NCBI GenBank assembly: GCA_002633005.1
Contig: NMRA01000298.1
Span: forward strand, 171,887 to 235,886
DNA length: 64,000 nucleotides
Direction of reading: 5' to 3'
Source: Phoronis australis
Lineage: Eukaryota; Animalia; Phoronida
The stretch's first letter is position 1, and every line of letters begins with the position of its first letter. Of the stretch, positions 50,686 to 62,943 are shown one piece after another. The translations under genes were made by a program, and so were the position numbers. The notes beneath the pieces were generated by a model that was not told the origin of the DNA, did no database searches, and worked only from the letters and a program-made list of their open reading frames with translations.

Positions 50686-51660
50686 CTGAAATTAATACGT
50701 TACAGGTGTTCTTCACAAAACAACTTTGTGTCCTGAGATTGACAAAGGTGTCGCTCCATCATTTGTGGTGAGAGGCATGAGCCATGTAAATGTGAGAGTT
50801 TTCAGAAAAATATTGCATCGTGGCAGTTTTGATAGCCTTTTTCTAAGTCGACTTTCTACATGTATTACACAGTTTCACTTCACTATACATATATAAGTAG
50901 ACCATGCGTGTTGATATAGTAATTCACTCTTTTAGTGTGCTGATTTTGTAGATTATTTCAGAAGAAATGACCTCTGTGTAAAGGATGGTGAGTCTCATTT
51001 GCAGAACACTTTGCTTCCACTGAGATGACCTATTTGGCTCAAGCGCTCTCTTTTTGGATCTCAAAATGGTAGCAGCATTGTCTTCTTTCTTGCAGGAGAA
51101 CGTGTCCACGGTTTGTATTTTTAGGAAAATACGCGGTCTCAATTCGTTTATTTGCAATAAACAAGTATTGATCATCGGCGTTATGTAGAGGTGACGTTGA
51201 ATATTGAAATATACGTGTGAAGTAAAATTACCCAAGGTAATTGAAATCTTGGCACGATGGACATGACGTTACGTACACATATATCAGCCTTTATGTTTAA
51301 AGGTCAAGGCCATGTAGGAACTTATCGACAAGTCGGTGTATTTAGCCCATATCAACAAAACTGTAGACTTCAACTCAATAAAATTATCAAATTTTAATCA
51401 ATATGTCGTTAACTGGGTCACCGGACTATGCATTTTTATTGAAATTGAGCGCAAAAGGAAGGTATATTGATAGCAAAACAATGGTTCCAAAAACATGGAT
51501 TAACCAAAATTCTTTGAATGTAAATGTGCATATTTGGACATTTTTCAAAGGTTCTAGATAATCATAACACCAATTTAATGAGGCATGACCGATGACACAA
51601 GACTATTAACAAAATGGTGCAGACGTATTTAGTGCCTCTTGTCAGCTAATCATTACTTAC

Positions 51661-51743
51661 GTAAATATGACCATTGTCTTCCCCCTTTACACCAGTCCAC
51701 GTGAACTGCTTGATGTTGAATCTTGATAATTTCGGGCAGGTTC
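51661..51743 (-). CDS. Gene B exon 7: start of CTHRC1-type domain 2
   Basis: 83 nt, phase 1 to 0, ccAG/GTAAG: (G)TCPKLSRFNIKQFTWTGVKGEDNGHIY. Confidence 0.9.
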
Positions 51744-52016
51744 CTGGAAGGAAAAATATATATCTATATTGCGCATAAAACATACCAAAAATGAGGCTCT
51801 TAATGGAAAACAGCATACCATTAACTGGAAATGTTCACTGGTGAAAGCAGTTACCAACCCCGAGGGTCGTTATTACAATTTATTTCCTTGAAACATAAAA
51901 CAACGAAAGAATTGGAAAAAGTGCATGAAAAGTTTCCCAACCAGTTTGGAATCAGAGTTCGCGATTGTTTTCGGAGTTTGGTCTTATAAAACCTTCATGT
52001 CAGCATGCCTGTATGA

Positions 52017-53698
52017 CCGACTGAGCAGAGGGCCGTCAGTCGAAGAACTTATGGTATCGGCGGCTTGAAGAAGAATTCCTCAAATGAATAGACTAAGGCC
52101 AAATAGAAACCGCTTTTTCACGACTCGTTTGAACTCGTAAATTAACTTTTGACTTAAAACACTAGTACCTCTATCAAAGTGGTCTACACATGTTCCGTGG
52201 AAAGATGAAATTTTGGTTTTAAAAATGAACTTAACTTTCGTTCGGTCTTTTCTCGTCGCCACTCTCGGCGAATAGAATGACAACATGTAGCGCATAATTC
52301 CAAGCTTAACGGACAGTTTCAAAGCTCGTAACTAAGCAACAACGGTTGACTCAGGAACTACAGTGTATATAGGTTCAACTCGCATGTAGGCAGCGTTGGA
52401 ATGAATGAGTCTTATCCGGGTCTCATTAGCCATCATTCTAGACGGTCTGCAATCGTTTTAGTCATGGAAACTTTCGGATTGGGCACAAGTTGCCTACATA
52501 CCCAAATCCCAGTAAAAGACGAGGTATTGCAATAAAACGCGACAAGTGAGCACCAAAAAGTACGAGTATTATAGAGATCCAATACATATCTCCAATCGCG
52601 TAGAACAACATGTTTGGTTGTGAATGATTAACCTGGCTAAACAATGCCTGATATATACAACAGGTACAACTTCATTTATTAAACGTATTTCTTTCGTTGT
52701 TGACAACGTTACTTTAGGTAGTGCCCAGGTGGTGTTCTTACAGGCAAAATCAAAGGCTTTCACATACCGGGGGGTCCTTCAAGAGAGGGTTGCGTGGCCA
52801 CGTGAAGGTTGACTTTTTTAACACCAAAGTCGCCAGGAAAAGGTGAGGGTGTCTGACNCCGACTGAGCAGAGGGCCGTCAGTCGAAGAACTTATGGTATC
52901 GGCGGCTTGAAGAAGAATTCCTCAAATGAATAGACTAAGGCCAAATAGAAACCGCTTTTTCACGACTCGTTTGAACTCGTAAATTAACTTTTGGCTTAAA
53001 ACACTAGTACCTCTATCAAAGTGGTCTACACATGTTCCGTGGAAAGACGAATTTTTGGTTTTAAATTGAACTTAACTTTCGTTCGGTCTTTTCTCGTCGC
53101 CACTCTCGGCGAATAGAATGACAACCTGTAGCGCATAATTCCAAGCTTAACGGACAGTTTCAAAGCTCGTAACCTAGCAACAACGGTTGACTCAGGAACT
53201 ACAGTGTATATAGGTTCAACTCGCATGTAGGCAGCGTTGGAATGAACGAGTCTTATCCGGGTCTCATTAGCCATCATTCTAGACGGTCTGCAATCGTTTT
53301 AATCATGGAAACTTTCGGGTTGGGCAAAAGTTGCCTACATACCCAAATCCCAGTAAAAGACGAGGTATTGCAATAAAACGCGACAAGTGAGCACCAAAAA
53401 GTACGAGTATTATTGAGATCTAATACATATCTCCAATCGCGTAGAACAACATTTTTGGTTGTGAATGGTTAACCTGGCTAAACAAGGCCTGATATATACA
53501 ACAGGTACAACTTCATTTATTAAACGTATTGCTTTCGTTGTTGACAACGTTACTTTAGGTAGTGCCCGGGTGGTGTTCTTACAGGCAAAATCAAAGGCTT
53601 TCACATACCGGGGGGTCCTTCAAGAGAGGGTTGCTTGGCCACGAGAAGGTGGACTTTTTTAACACCAAAGTCGCCAGGAAAAGGTGGAGGTGTCTGAC
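52017..53698. other. Probable assembly artefact: near-identical 840-bp tandem copies joined by a single N
   Basis: 52017-52857 and 52859-53698 with scattered substitutions (likely two haplotypes); N at 52858. Confidence 0.85.
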
Positions 53699-54264
53699 TT
53701 ACTTTCCCTAATGGTCGTTGTTTTATCTTAAATTACTCAAAACGGTCACATATTTTGCAAGTCATCAATCACTCAAACGTGCACGTATTTTAGGTAGAAT
53801 TTTTATATGTTCATCCTCTAGATGGGTGAATCAACAAAAACGGCAGCCATAGTCCCATTTCACCAAAACAATGGAACATCCCCCAGGTTTATACTGTGCA
53901 GTGTTGCTGACATTCACCAGTTTGCTCGATGTTAGGGATGTGTTACTCCCAGATACCAAAGTGTTCTGCCATTACGGTTTTTCAAAATGAAAATATTAAA
54001 AAATAGTTTTCACAGAAATAGACAACTTGAATGATCAACTGTTATGAGTTAACGTTGAACTCTTCGCTATAGACCTAACAAGAGACATGTCTAGTACCCA
54101 AACTGATTAAACAGAGGCAGAATTTAACAACACAAACACAAAACCCGAATCTCCCTTGCGGTCTCAAAATTTGCAAAGTTTAAAGCATCATCGGTGATGC
54201 TGCTTGCCATTGTTCACCAATGCATGGACCCCATACACGCAGGGTTAAGAATCTGTTCGTTTTT

Positions 54265-54990
54265 CTTTAGATGAAACTGAGGCAACAAACACAAAACGAT
54301 GAACTTGGAACGTTTTAACCTATCTGAACCTCATGTCTACAATAAGTTTCGTACATGGACTCGTCCCATTTCCTTGCAATTCAAGGAGTCAGTTGTGTGG
54401 CTGACCTTCCCAAGAAGCGGTAAGGTTTCGTGCACCACTAAGTGTTCCAAGCCGAGAATCCCTACTATACACAAGAGTCATCTTAAATGGCAGAGGAATG
54501 ACGACTATGAAACCAAGAATACCAAAAGCCCAACAATAATTAACTCTTACAAGAATGGAAACAATATAAAAGCAGTTGCTGGTGTGACTCCTGATGGCCT
54601 TAGTTATGTTTCTGACAGTTACGCAGGCACCACCAGTGACAGGGACCGTTCGTAAAAAAGAGTAGATTGACAAATATGTATGATTCGGGTGATTTTGCTA
54701 TGACTGATTAAAGGCTCCACATTCTATGTTTGTTTATAGTTAGTGAAGTCCTTGTGAGTGAATAGTTCATCTACTTTTCTTTAAAACCCTAGTCACTTCG
54801 CCAACACCGAAGTTTTAAATGACAGACAAATCGCATCCAAGCGTTTGCCTATTGGGAGGATTATTGGCTTATTTATAGCATACGGAACTAAAATTGTCCC
54901 TTTGAACAAATATGAAACTTGTTTACCTCCTAATATTATTTATGCATGCGTGATATGTTCTGACATTTCACTCTGTGCATTTTCAACAGG
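54265..54990 (+). mobile_element. Decayed ISL2EU/Harbinger-type DDE transposase
   Basis: RFNLSE..V..KFRTW, SYKNGNNIKAVAGVTPDGLSYVSDSYAGTTSDR, DSGDFAMTD, NDRQIASKRLPIGRIIGL follow the DDE_Tnp_4 motif order. Absent from the paralogous intron of gene A. Confidence 0.8.
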
Positions 54991-55883
54991 CTTATGAGAA
55001 CTTACTCGAGTAAGCCTTATTGACATTCCTACCTAAAAGCCGACGATTTAATAGTTTCTCGACATTTCTCATTTTATTCTTCTACAGGATCCAGGCTTGC
55101 AACAGTGTTAATTACTATTAAAATTCATTTCCGAAATGACAGTTTTCAGTTCGGTAATCAGTTGCAGGGGCTTGAAATGGGCCGTCCTGCAAAGCTTTTC
55201 TGGGGCACATTTCCCGGCCTCCTTGACAAACACGCTGAACTACCCACGTCGTCTCTGATGGTAAGGTAAAATGGACATAAATACATGCACCAGTAGACGT
55301 TTCAAAAAGTAGTATCATCGTAATAGTCAGCTGAAGGTAAACGGTAAGTATTGCAGGTGTCATCATGTCGAAAAACGAAACTTTGTGTGACCTATCTTTA
55401 TTCCTTTATTGCCACAGCGCTGTGCTGTTGCATACATGTACATGTACAGAGATTTCAAACCCGGACACTTAGTTAATATATAAGCTGAATGATTGCAGAA
55501 ATCTGCAATGCGCTTGTCGTAAAATACATGTAAAACGGGTAACACCACACACGCCGTTTCCTATTTGTGGAATAATTAAACTACCACAATCATCGTGTTT
55601 ACAAGCAGAAGACACAAGTAGCGAAAAAATTCACAACTTGACGGAGTATTTTCCGATGCTGACACACCTTAGAACACAGATGACCCAAAGATCAACAATC
55701 ACTCTTTTGATAAAATTTAATAAAGATCAATGGTCTTGATCAGAGTTTGATTTCTGTCACTGAAGACAGTAGGGTATGGAGTGCAGACTATTTCAGTATG
55801 GATGGAAACCCCAATGTCGTGAATGAAATGCTCGAACTGATTGGGACAATGCATAGTCACACGAGTCTGTAAAACTTAACGCG

Positions 55884-56038
55884 CAGTGCTGCAGTGTTAA
55901 AATTAAAGGTCAGTAGGCGCCCAGAGCCCACCGTATCACCTTGAGCACTGAACGTAACTTACGGTGCATAGGCGCTATGTCCAAATGCCAAAACTGGTTG
56001 ACTGAGCCTACGTGCGCCTACGCTTCACTACAGCACTG
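55884..56038. mobile_element. 155-bp hAT-like MITE
   Basis: TIR CAGTGCTGCAGTG / CACTACAGCACTG, inner GTAGGCGC / GCGCCTAC, 8-bp TSD TTAACGCG / TTAACTCG. Confidence 0.7.
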
Positions 56039-56612
56039 TTAACTCGTTAGTTGGTTGGATTTCCGCTTGATCTTGTCATCTGGAGTCGTCTATCGGAGAT
56101 TTGTACCATTCGATACTTTCAAAAGCTGAACTCGGAGGATGCCGCGTCTGAGGGCTCACAGCGGGAGTGTTCTTTATATTTGTTTTATCTCTATTGAATT
56201 AGATATTTAACTCCGTATTTCACTTGATGGATTGACATGTTTCTCGACTTACAGTGCTTCAGTGTACAACAGGGTACTATCATCTTTGCAGTCCTTAAGT
56301 ATAATACTTCAATGACTACCAAAGCTATTTTCATATCGTTGTCTGAGTGCCCCGCTACACTAAGCAGCTGGAGTACAGCATGAAGCCTGTTAAGCAAAGA
56401 TAAGGATTATGGCTTTTAGGCCAGGACGAACTGTACATGTACATGTATTTCAACCAAGATGTACATGACATTGACGAAGGTTGGATAATTTAACGACAAC
56501 ACACGAGACTCCACTTGGACTGGGATGGTTTTCTTGAAGTATACAGCAAATGAATTAACTCTTTTTCATGGAATACATGTGATAACAACCTTTGGAATTT
56601 ACGATTTCTCAC

Positions 56613-56780
56613 CTGGACAATTTCCCCATCGTCGGTCGTTGTCATAATCAGAGGTGGTTGAACACCACGGTTTGTTATGGTTCATCTTGATACACTCACT
56701 GTACGTCACGCCCTTGTAAACGAACGGAAACTTGCACGATGATCCACCAGCATTACCGCCGTAAGTTGGCAGGTTAGTTT
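56613..56780 (-). CDS. Gene B exon 6: fibronectin type II (FN2) domain
   Basis: 168 nt, phase 1 to 1: (E)TNLPTYGGNAGGSSCKFPFVYKGVTYSECIKMNHNKPWCSTTSDYDNDRRWGNCP. Confidence 0.93.
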
Positions 56781-58435
56781 CTGCGAATTGAATGTTTTTG
56801 TAAACATAGTAAACATAGTAAACATGGTTATTTGGACACTTCAGCATCTTTTTATCGGATGCCATATACCATTGAAATTCGTTGACCCAAACGGAAAATT
56901 ATGATTGATAAGCTTTATACTTCGCCAAATGCAATTTAGTTAGTGGCATGTAATAGAATGAATTCACAACCAATCAATGAATCAAAATGGTGGAGTAAGG
57001 AACACGTAAAGCGTGCGTAATATTATCAATGGCTTTAATTAGCGATTCGAGATCCACTAAACGAATGCTTGATTCAGACCAACAAAAGTTATGGGAGTGT
57101 TTAACATGTATTTTTTGGACCCAGTATAACGACACGTCTATTTTTATTTCCGGGTCCAAATTGCGACATCTACTGCCATGGCATGCCATCACTAAACATC
57201 CGAATCAAAATGCTTTCAACTAAGTTCCTCCGCACTCTGATAAGAAGTAATATCAGGGCTTGCAAACAAGTGTCCGTTTATTTTTCTTTGAGATAGGCGC
57301 ACAATACGGCACTCCATAACATTCGAAATTTACACCCTAGACTTTAGAAATAACGATCTGGTAATTCTTTCAAATCCCCGAAATCACCAGTCCTCTAGTT
57401 GAAAAAGGAATAATTTTAGACCAGTTAGCATAACGGAATGTGGTCTACATCAAAACATGCTTTTTGATGAAACTGGGATTAACGATGGCTTTAAAACGTT
57501 AATTACCGACATCAACTTAGGCTCTGTAAATTTCTTCAACCCTCAAATGTTTTGAAAAAGTTTGAAAACCCCTTACAATTTCTAAAAACCACAAATTCAA
57601 GCTGTATTTGACCCTGTGCACAGTGTCCGACTACGTAAATTCGAATTAGAACGTAGATGCATATTTTCATACATTCTACATGTATCGTACCTTAATCGAA
57701 TTCAATTTCTGCTGCAAACAAGAATATCGATTGGGTTAAGCCAACTCCAGATTGACGCATGTGCGAATTGCTTGGGACTTGGGATGGCCTCGGCCATTCG
57801 ACAATAATTTAAAACAGAGTGAGTCCAAAAATGTTTTAGATACGATTCCAATGTCCATATCAAAACAGTGCAAAGCGCCGCTTTAATTTCCAGTTGTGGT
57901 GACGAACCACGTTCCAGCTTCAGTTGAAATACGTGGTACAAATGTACTCAAGAAAAATGTTCAAATGTCTTTCGGCATTCAAAAATTGTACACATAGCCA
58001 AGGATTACCTCAAGATCAGTGTCCACACTAGGACAGTATGCGAGCGTTTTGATCAGCCTACAATGAATTGTTCGCGAGAAAGCTGGCTGCGTTGGAAGCT
58101 CAATGCTTTAAATTCAGCGGGCAATTTGATCACACAAGTGGATTTGTAGAACATTTGCTGGATATCAAAATGCCTGATACGTTATAGTGTAGCCAAGGGT
58201 TGTTGTCACCTGCTAGGCGTCCACTACTAGTACATTTGTATATACTGTAAAGTTAACCAAGTATTAAACCAGACAGGTACCACAACATCTTGTTTACAAA
58301 CATCAAATGAGATTCACCTCTCAACGATAGCCGTGATTCACTAAACATCCGTTTGGCTTCTGACGATAGGGCCCAGAAACTTTCGAAAATCTAAAATTAT
58401 TAAATAGAAGGACATTCCCCGTTGTGTAAACTCAC

Positions 58436-58594
58436 CGAATGACCGCCTGAGGTCGTTTTCTTCAACAGTCATGGACGCTCCCACATTACTGCCCCATCCT
58501 GTTTGGGAATCTGGCGCACTGTATCCGGAGCATCCACCCACGTTGAATTTAATGACTATGTCCCCAGCTTGTTGCAAATCGCAAATGCCGTCGA
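58436..58594 (-). CDS. Gene B exon 5: end of CTHRC1-type domain 1
   Basis: 159 nt, phase 1 to 1: (V)DGICDLQQAGDIVIKFNVGGCSGYSAPDSQTGWGSNVGASMTVEENDLRRSF. Confidence 0.9.
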
Positions 58595-61500
58595 CTAGAA
58601 TGGACAGTCACAACTTCTTTAACCATTTGACAAGGCTTGAAAAGTTGTTCTAACACGTGATTGAATGACAGTATGTAATTCAGCTAACACTATGTTGACT
58701 GCAGGAATAGCGTTCCATTACAAAAAACTCTCAAGTACAATGTACTTTGACAAGTCGTGACTACAAATTCGCATCGTTCCAGGGCAACGCATAAGCTCAC
58801 AGTTCAGTGGAAATTTCATTGAAAGAGGCGGTGGCTTCTCTTTCGAATTTCGCTTTGTCATTAAACGAGTTTGTTTTGCTACATGGTGAAATGAAATTTT
58901 AAGAATGATGCTTTTTGATGTTTTTCTTTTGTTTTGTTTTTGTTTGTTTGTTTCTCTGTTTGCATACTACGGATAGCACATATAACTCTTACTGGATCCA
59001 CGTGAAATTTGCACACATGTGTCTAATACACTATACATGGGACGAAACTAATTGTTTTATGAAATCGGATGGAACATGGCACTGTGGTGGGCAGTTTGTG
59101 TTTGGGTTTGCAGGGACATTACTGGTGGGAATTTTCAGCTTTTTTATTTGGGTAGATCATTCTGCGCGCAGTTCCAACTCTTATCGTTCTTGAGTTATTC
59201 GAGATTTTTCTTGGACTGGTCTCCGTATGCTCAGAATCCCTTGACGCATCTGTCTGAAATTTGGTTTATGAAAAGATCTTTTTAACCGCTATCAGCATTG
59301 TCCAACCCGTTTCTTGACACGACTTACAGTTCTCGCAATATTGGAGATTTACTGCTTTTTTGCTGACTTGTTATTTGCAGCTGAGCATTGTTACCATATC
59401 ATATTTGCGCCAGAGATCGCATTTTTTCATGTGATCGACATGAATTTTACCAAAAGTGTTTGTTTATTCAGTAGACTGATGACTTTTGTTCCTGGGCAAA
59501 ATAAGGCGCAAGATGAGACTAAAGCGGGCATTTTTCAAATTATGTATGCACTCCCCAATCTCCGTTATTCTTCGAGCAAACATTTCCAGATTATATATGT
59601 AAATAGATCTCATCACGGCTATTTAATACGTTGGTTTCGTCAACCACCTCACCATTAAATTGGTATACTTTTTCACCTAGTGTCAGTGTTTAGAGTGCTT
59701 TCATATATTTGTCTAGAGCCAGCAGGTTGTATTTCTCGTCCAATAAAAACGGCAATGACGCATACGCACACATCAGCGGTCTCAACAAAAAGTAGAGCGT
59801 AACTCCTGAAGTCGACCTTTCGAGCTAACCGATTACAGCGCTCTTTTTGAACTTCACTGACAGTGTAAGAAATGAACAGTAAGTCGATATTATTGCTCTT
59901 ACCCTTTGGTACAAGTAACTGCGGAATATCTTCTATCCGGAACTATAGACAAGAATTCAATATATTTACAAGAAGATAATTATGAAGAACATTCACACCT
60001 GACTTCTTTGAAGTTTTTAAATCCGCCAAAATGTTATGTAAATGGGTTATGGAATAATAATCCACGTTCCCACCAAGCAGCGATTAAAGTGATATCTTCC
60101 GAATAGTCCAGATGTTACAGTATTAGCCGAATTCCAGCAAAATTTCAGTTACGTTTACAGTTCACTGTTACCAAAAACAGATTGAAAATTCGCTGAGCTA
60201 AGTTATGGAGAAAGCGTATATCGAAGAACAATTACTGACAGTGAGCTTCAGTTAAGTTTTGCTATCAATAATGCATTACCCCGTCGTCAGTAAATTCAAT
60301 AAGAAACAAAGTCACCTTGGTTGAAAAAGGGGCAACAAATGTTCCTCGGTGGGTGGGGGGGGGGNNNNNNNNNNNNNNNNNNNNNNNNNNNNNNNNNNTT
60401 CTCACAACTCGGTGCCCAGCTCACCGGCTACAGATGTGAACTTCACCAACCATGTTTATGGAAACCTTGACCTTGAGTGTAGTCCTTCTCAAATTCTTAC
60501 GTATTCGTTATTCGAATGTTTAATGTTCAGTTAAGCTCGTTCATTGTGAAAGTGTTATTGCTCTTGGTGTTGTTGTTCTTGTTGAAGGTTTCTGTCCGTC
60601 AAAAACTAACAGCTTTCCCTTCGTGTGACCAATACGGTGTACTGATTCATTTACAAGTGGTGTCTTGTGGTACCTCAAATGTTTGAGGCTTGCGGGTTCA
60701 ATTCTAGGGTTCGCGGTGGTACTGATCTTTGTGCGCTTTTTCATTCGGTGTTCAATGTGGTGCGATAGTTCCTTTTAAATCAATCCCGGGCGGCATTTTG
60801 AATGCCTAAGCTTGTTCAAAATTTCAGCAGAATTCTGTGGATGGATATTTCGGGGTTTCTGGAGGAACCAACTCAAGAAGTGTTCTGTCAGTTGCGTGCA
60901 CGGAATGACACGGAATTGTTTTGAATTACCTCGAATGTTTAGGTCATTAACAGGCGGACTTTTCTCGGTTGAATTTTGATGTCGTGCCGGTCATTCCGCG
61001 CTCAGTGTTTCATCATTGGCCATTATAAAGCAGGTCCAGCCGATACCTCAACTATCTAATCTAGCTTAAATCACAAACGCCATCTGTGGAAACATACACC
61101 TAAGAGTGTTATCTACCATTTACTGAATCGCATGGCCTTGTTTTGTGGCACTTGGAATGTTTGAGCTAACTCAATTTTCTAAGTCCATTTTGGGTACCTT
61201 GCAGGATCTTTCTAGAGTGCAAATTTTCTGGCATGGGTCATTTAATGAGTTAAGTATGTGATGGGAGCGCCGTCTATTGATGGAGCCGTGAGTGATGACG
61301 AGTCGTCAGTTTAGTTCCAGAAACTAGAGTGTGTTATTATATTTTAAAGGGGTACAAGATGGTCAATTCCTTATATGGAACTTCCGATGACGAAATTTTT
61401 AGTTCTATTCTGATTGGTTTTCACATTTATCTTGAAACCCCTATTTTAGCGTAATTTGGAACATTCGCGGTGCGAATAAGCCTATTAAAATGTGCCCCTC

Positions 61501-62420
61501 ATGCTAAAACTTCGGATTCTGCCAGGTCTCGACTCTATCCGCAAGGAATTTCAACCAAGCAAACTAACTGTTTGGGACTTTTAAATTTGGACTTTGACGT
61601 TTTTAGCGAATTCTTCTTGTTTATAAATTCTTTGGGTTAAAAGTTAAAAGCTGCGATGTCGACGGAAGTTAGCGATGAGTTGTAAGTTTGTAGATTTGTG
61701 TTTCATAGATATTGCATAATAAAATTCAGTATATTTATCTTCACTCTTGTTTCACTCTAAGTTGTCACCATGGTTCTCTCGTATGCGATTCAAACGAGTG
61801 AAAAAGTACACAACGCTTCAAATATGTTTATCGGCTAAGAACAGTTGACATTTTAGAAACTAAGTAGATCGGTGCTGGCCGCTCCACCGATTCCCGTTAC
61901 AAGTACAACGTGACACAATTGTTCATTTTAAATCAGTTTTGGCAAGAATCTTGAATATCTAATCCAGCTCTGTCGTCTACCATTAAGAGCAGTCCATGGC
62001 TTACATTTGGAGGTCTCTAGCAGGCCCAACTCGGGAGTTTACTTTTTTTTCTGCCATAGCCTACAAGTGCATGTTCAGAAATATTTTTCATGTTTTTTTA
62101 ATGTGTACCTTCAATGACTAATTGGCAGCCACCCGGTCTTAAAAATAGTTCTGTTTGAGAAAGTGTTGTAGAAAGCGAGATCCTTCTCCAACCAATAATC
62201 ATCCGACCTCTCATTCCCTCAACGTGTACATACAAACAGCCGCATTTGACTGACTACACAGAGAAATAGTGCTTTGCCCATTTCTCTCATGCTCAAGTCT
62301 CGTGCCCACACGCCTACTTCATGGGGTTTCTCGGCACGTGCATTACATGTAGCAAAGCAAAACACAATGTTTCAAAGAAACTAACAATACGCACACACCA
62401 CTGATTAAAATGAAACTCAC

Positions 62421-62619
62421 CTTGGCCTGGACGATAATCATCTCTTGCCTTGCCCTTATACCACGCTATCTCTATTTTTCCTGGAGAGGGACACTCTTGG
62501 TCGTTAAAGGTAAAGAACCATCGAGAGCAACAACCGCCGCAGTTGTAACCTGCGCGAATGACACCGCGGAATTTCACCCTCAACGAAGTGTAAGAGTATT
62601 GCTTCTTGAAGGTCCTTGT
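62421..62619 (-). CDS. Gene B exon 4: core of CTHRC1-type domain 1
   Basis: 199 nt, phase 0 to 1, tttcAG/GTGAG: TRTFKKQYSYTSLRVKFRGVIRAGYNCGGCCSRWFFTFNDQECPSPGKIEIAWYKGKARDDYRPGQ. Confidence 0.92.
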
Positions 62620-62830
62620 CTGAAACATTGGCAGCAATTCGATAAAGTATAGCGGACTATATGTGCAGCACGTTTTTCTAGCTCCTGAACAAAGAAGTCT
62701 TATATGTATCTAAAGCGAAATCCAGTCACTACAAATCAAATATAAGCGGAACATTAGAACTGGTTCGGATACCTCAAGATTTACGCTCACTATGAAATTA
62801 CTAGACTTTCCTTTCAGAAATCAAACTTAC

Positions 62831-62943
62831 CATTAAAACTCCGTTGTCGGTTCCACTACCGTAATTGGTGTAATAATAGTGTCGGATATTGGCAACCGGA
62901 ATTTCATCACATTCTTTGAAAGGGGCTGTGTTTGAGAAGAGAG
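62831..62943 (-). CDS. Gene B exon 3 (first in window): linker plus start of CTHRC1-type domain 1
   Basis: 113 nt, phase 1 to 0, AG/GTAAG: LFSNTAPFKECDEIPVANIRHYYYTNYGSGTDNGVLM. Confidence 0.9.

Noticed and set aside
52017-53698. 840-bp tandem duplication and its duplicated short ORFs
   Set aside because: Same single-N junction signature; treated as an assembly artefact.
6583-62943. Assigning the gene symbol CTHRC1
   Set aside because: Only the C-terminal domain is shared; no collagen repeat is seen and orthology is not established.
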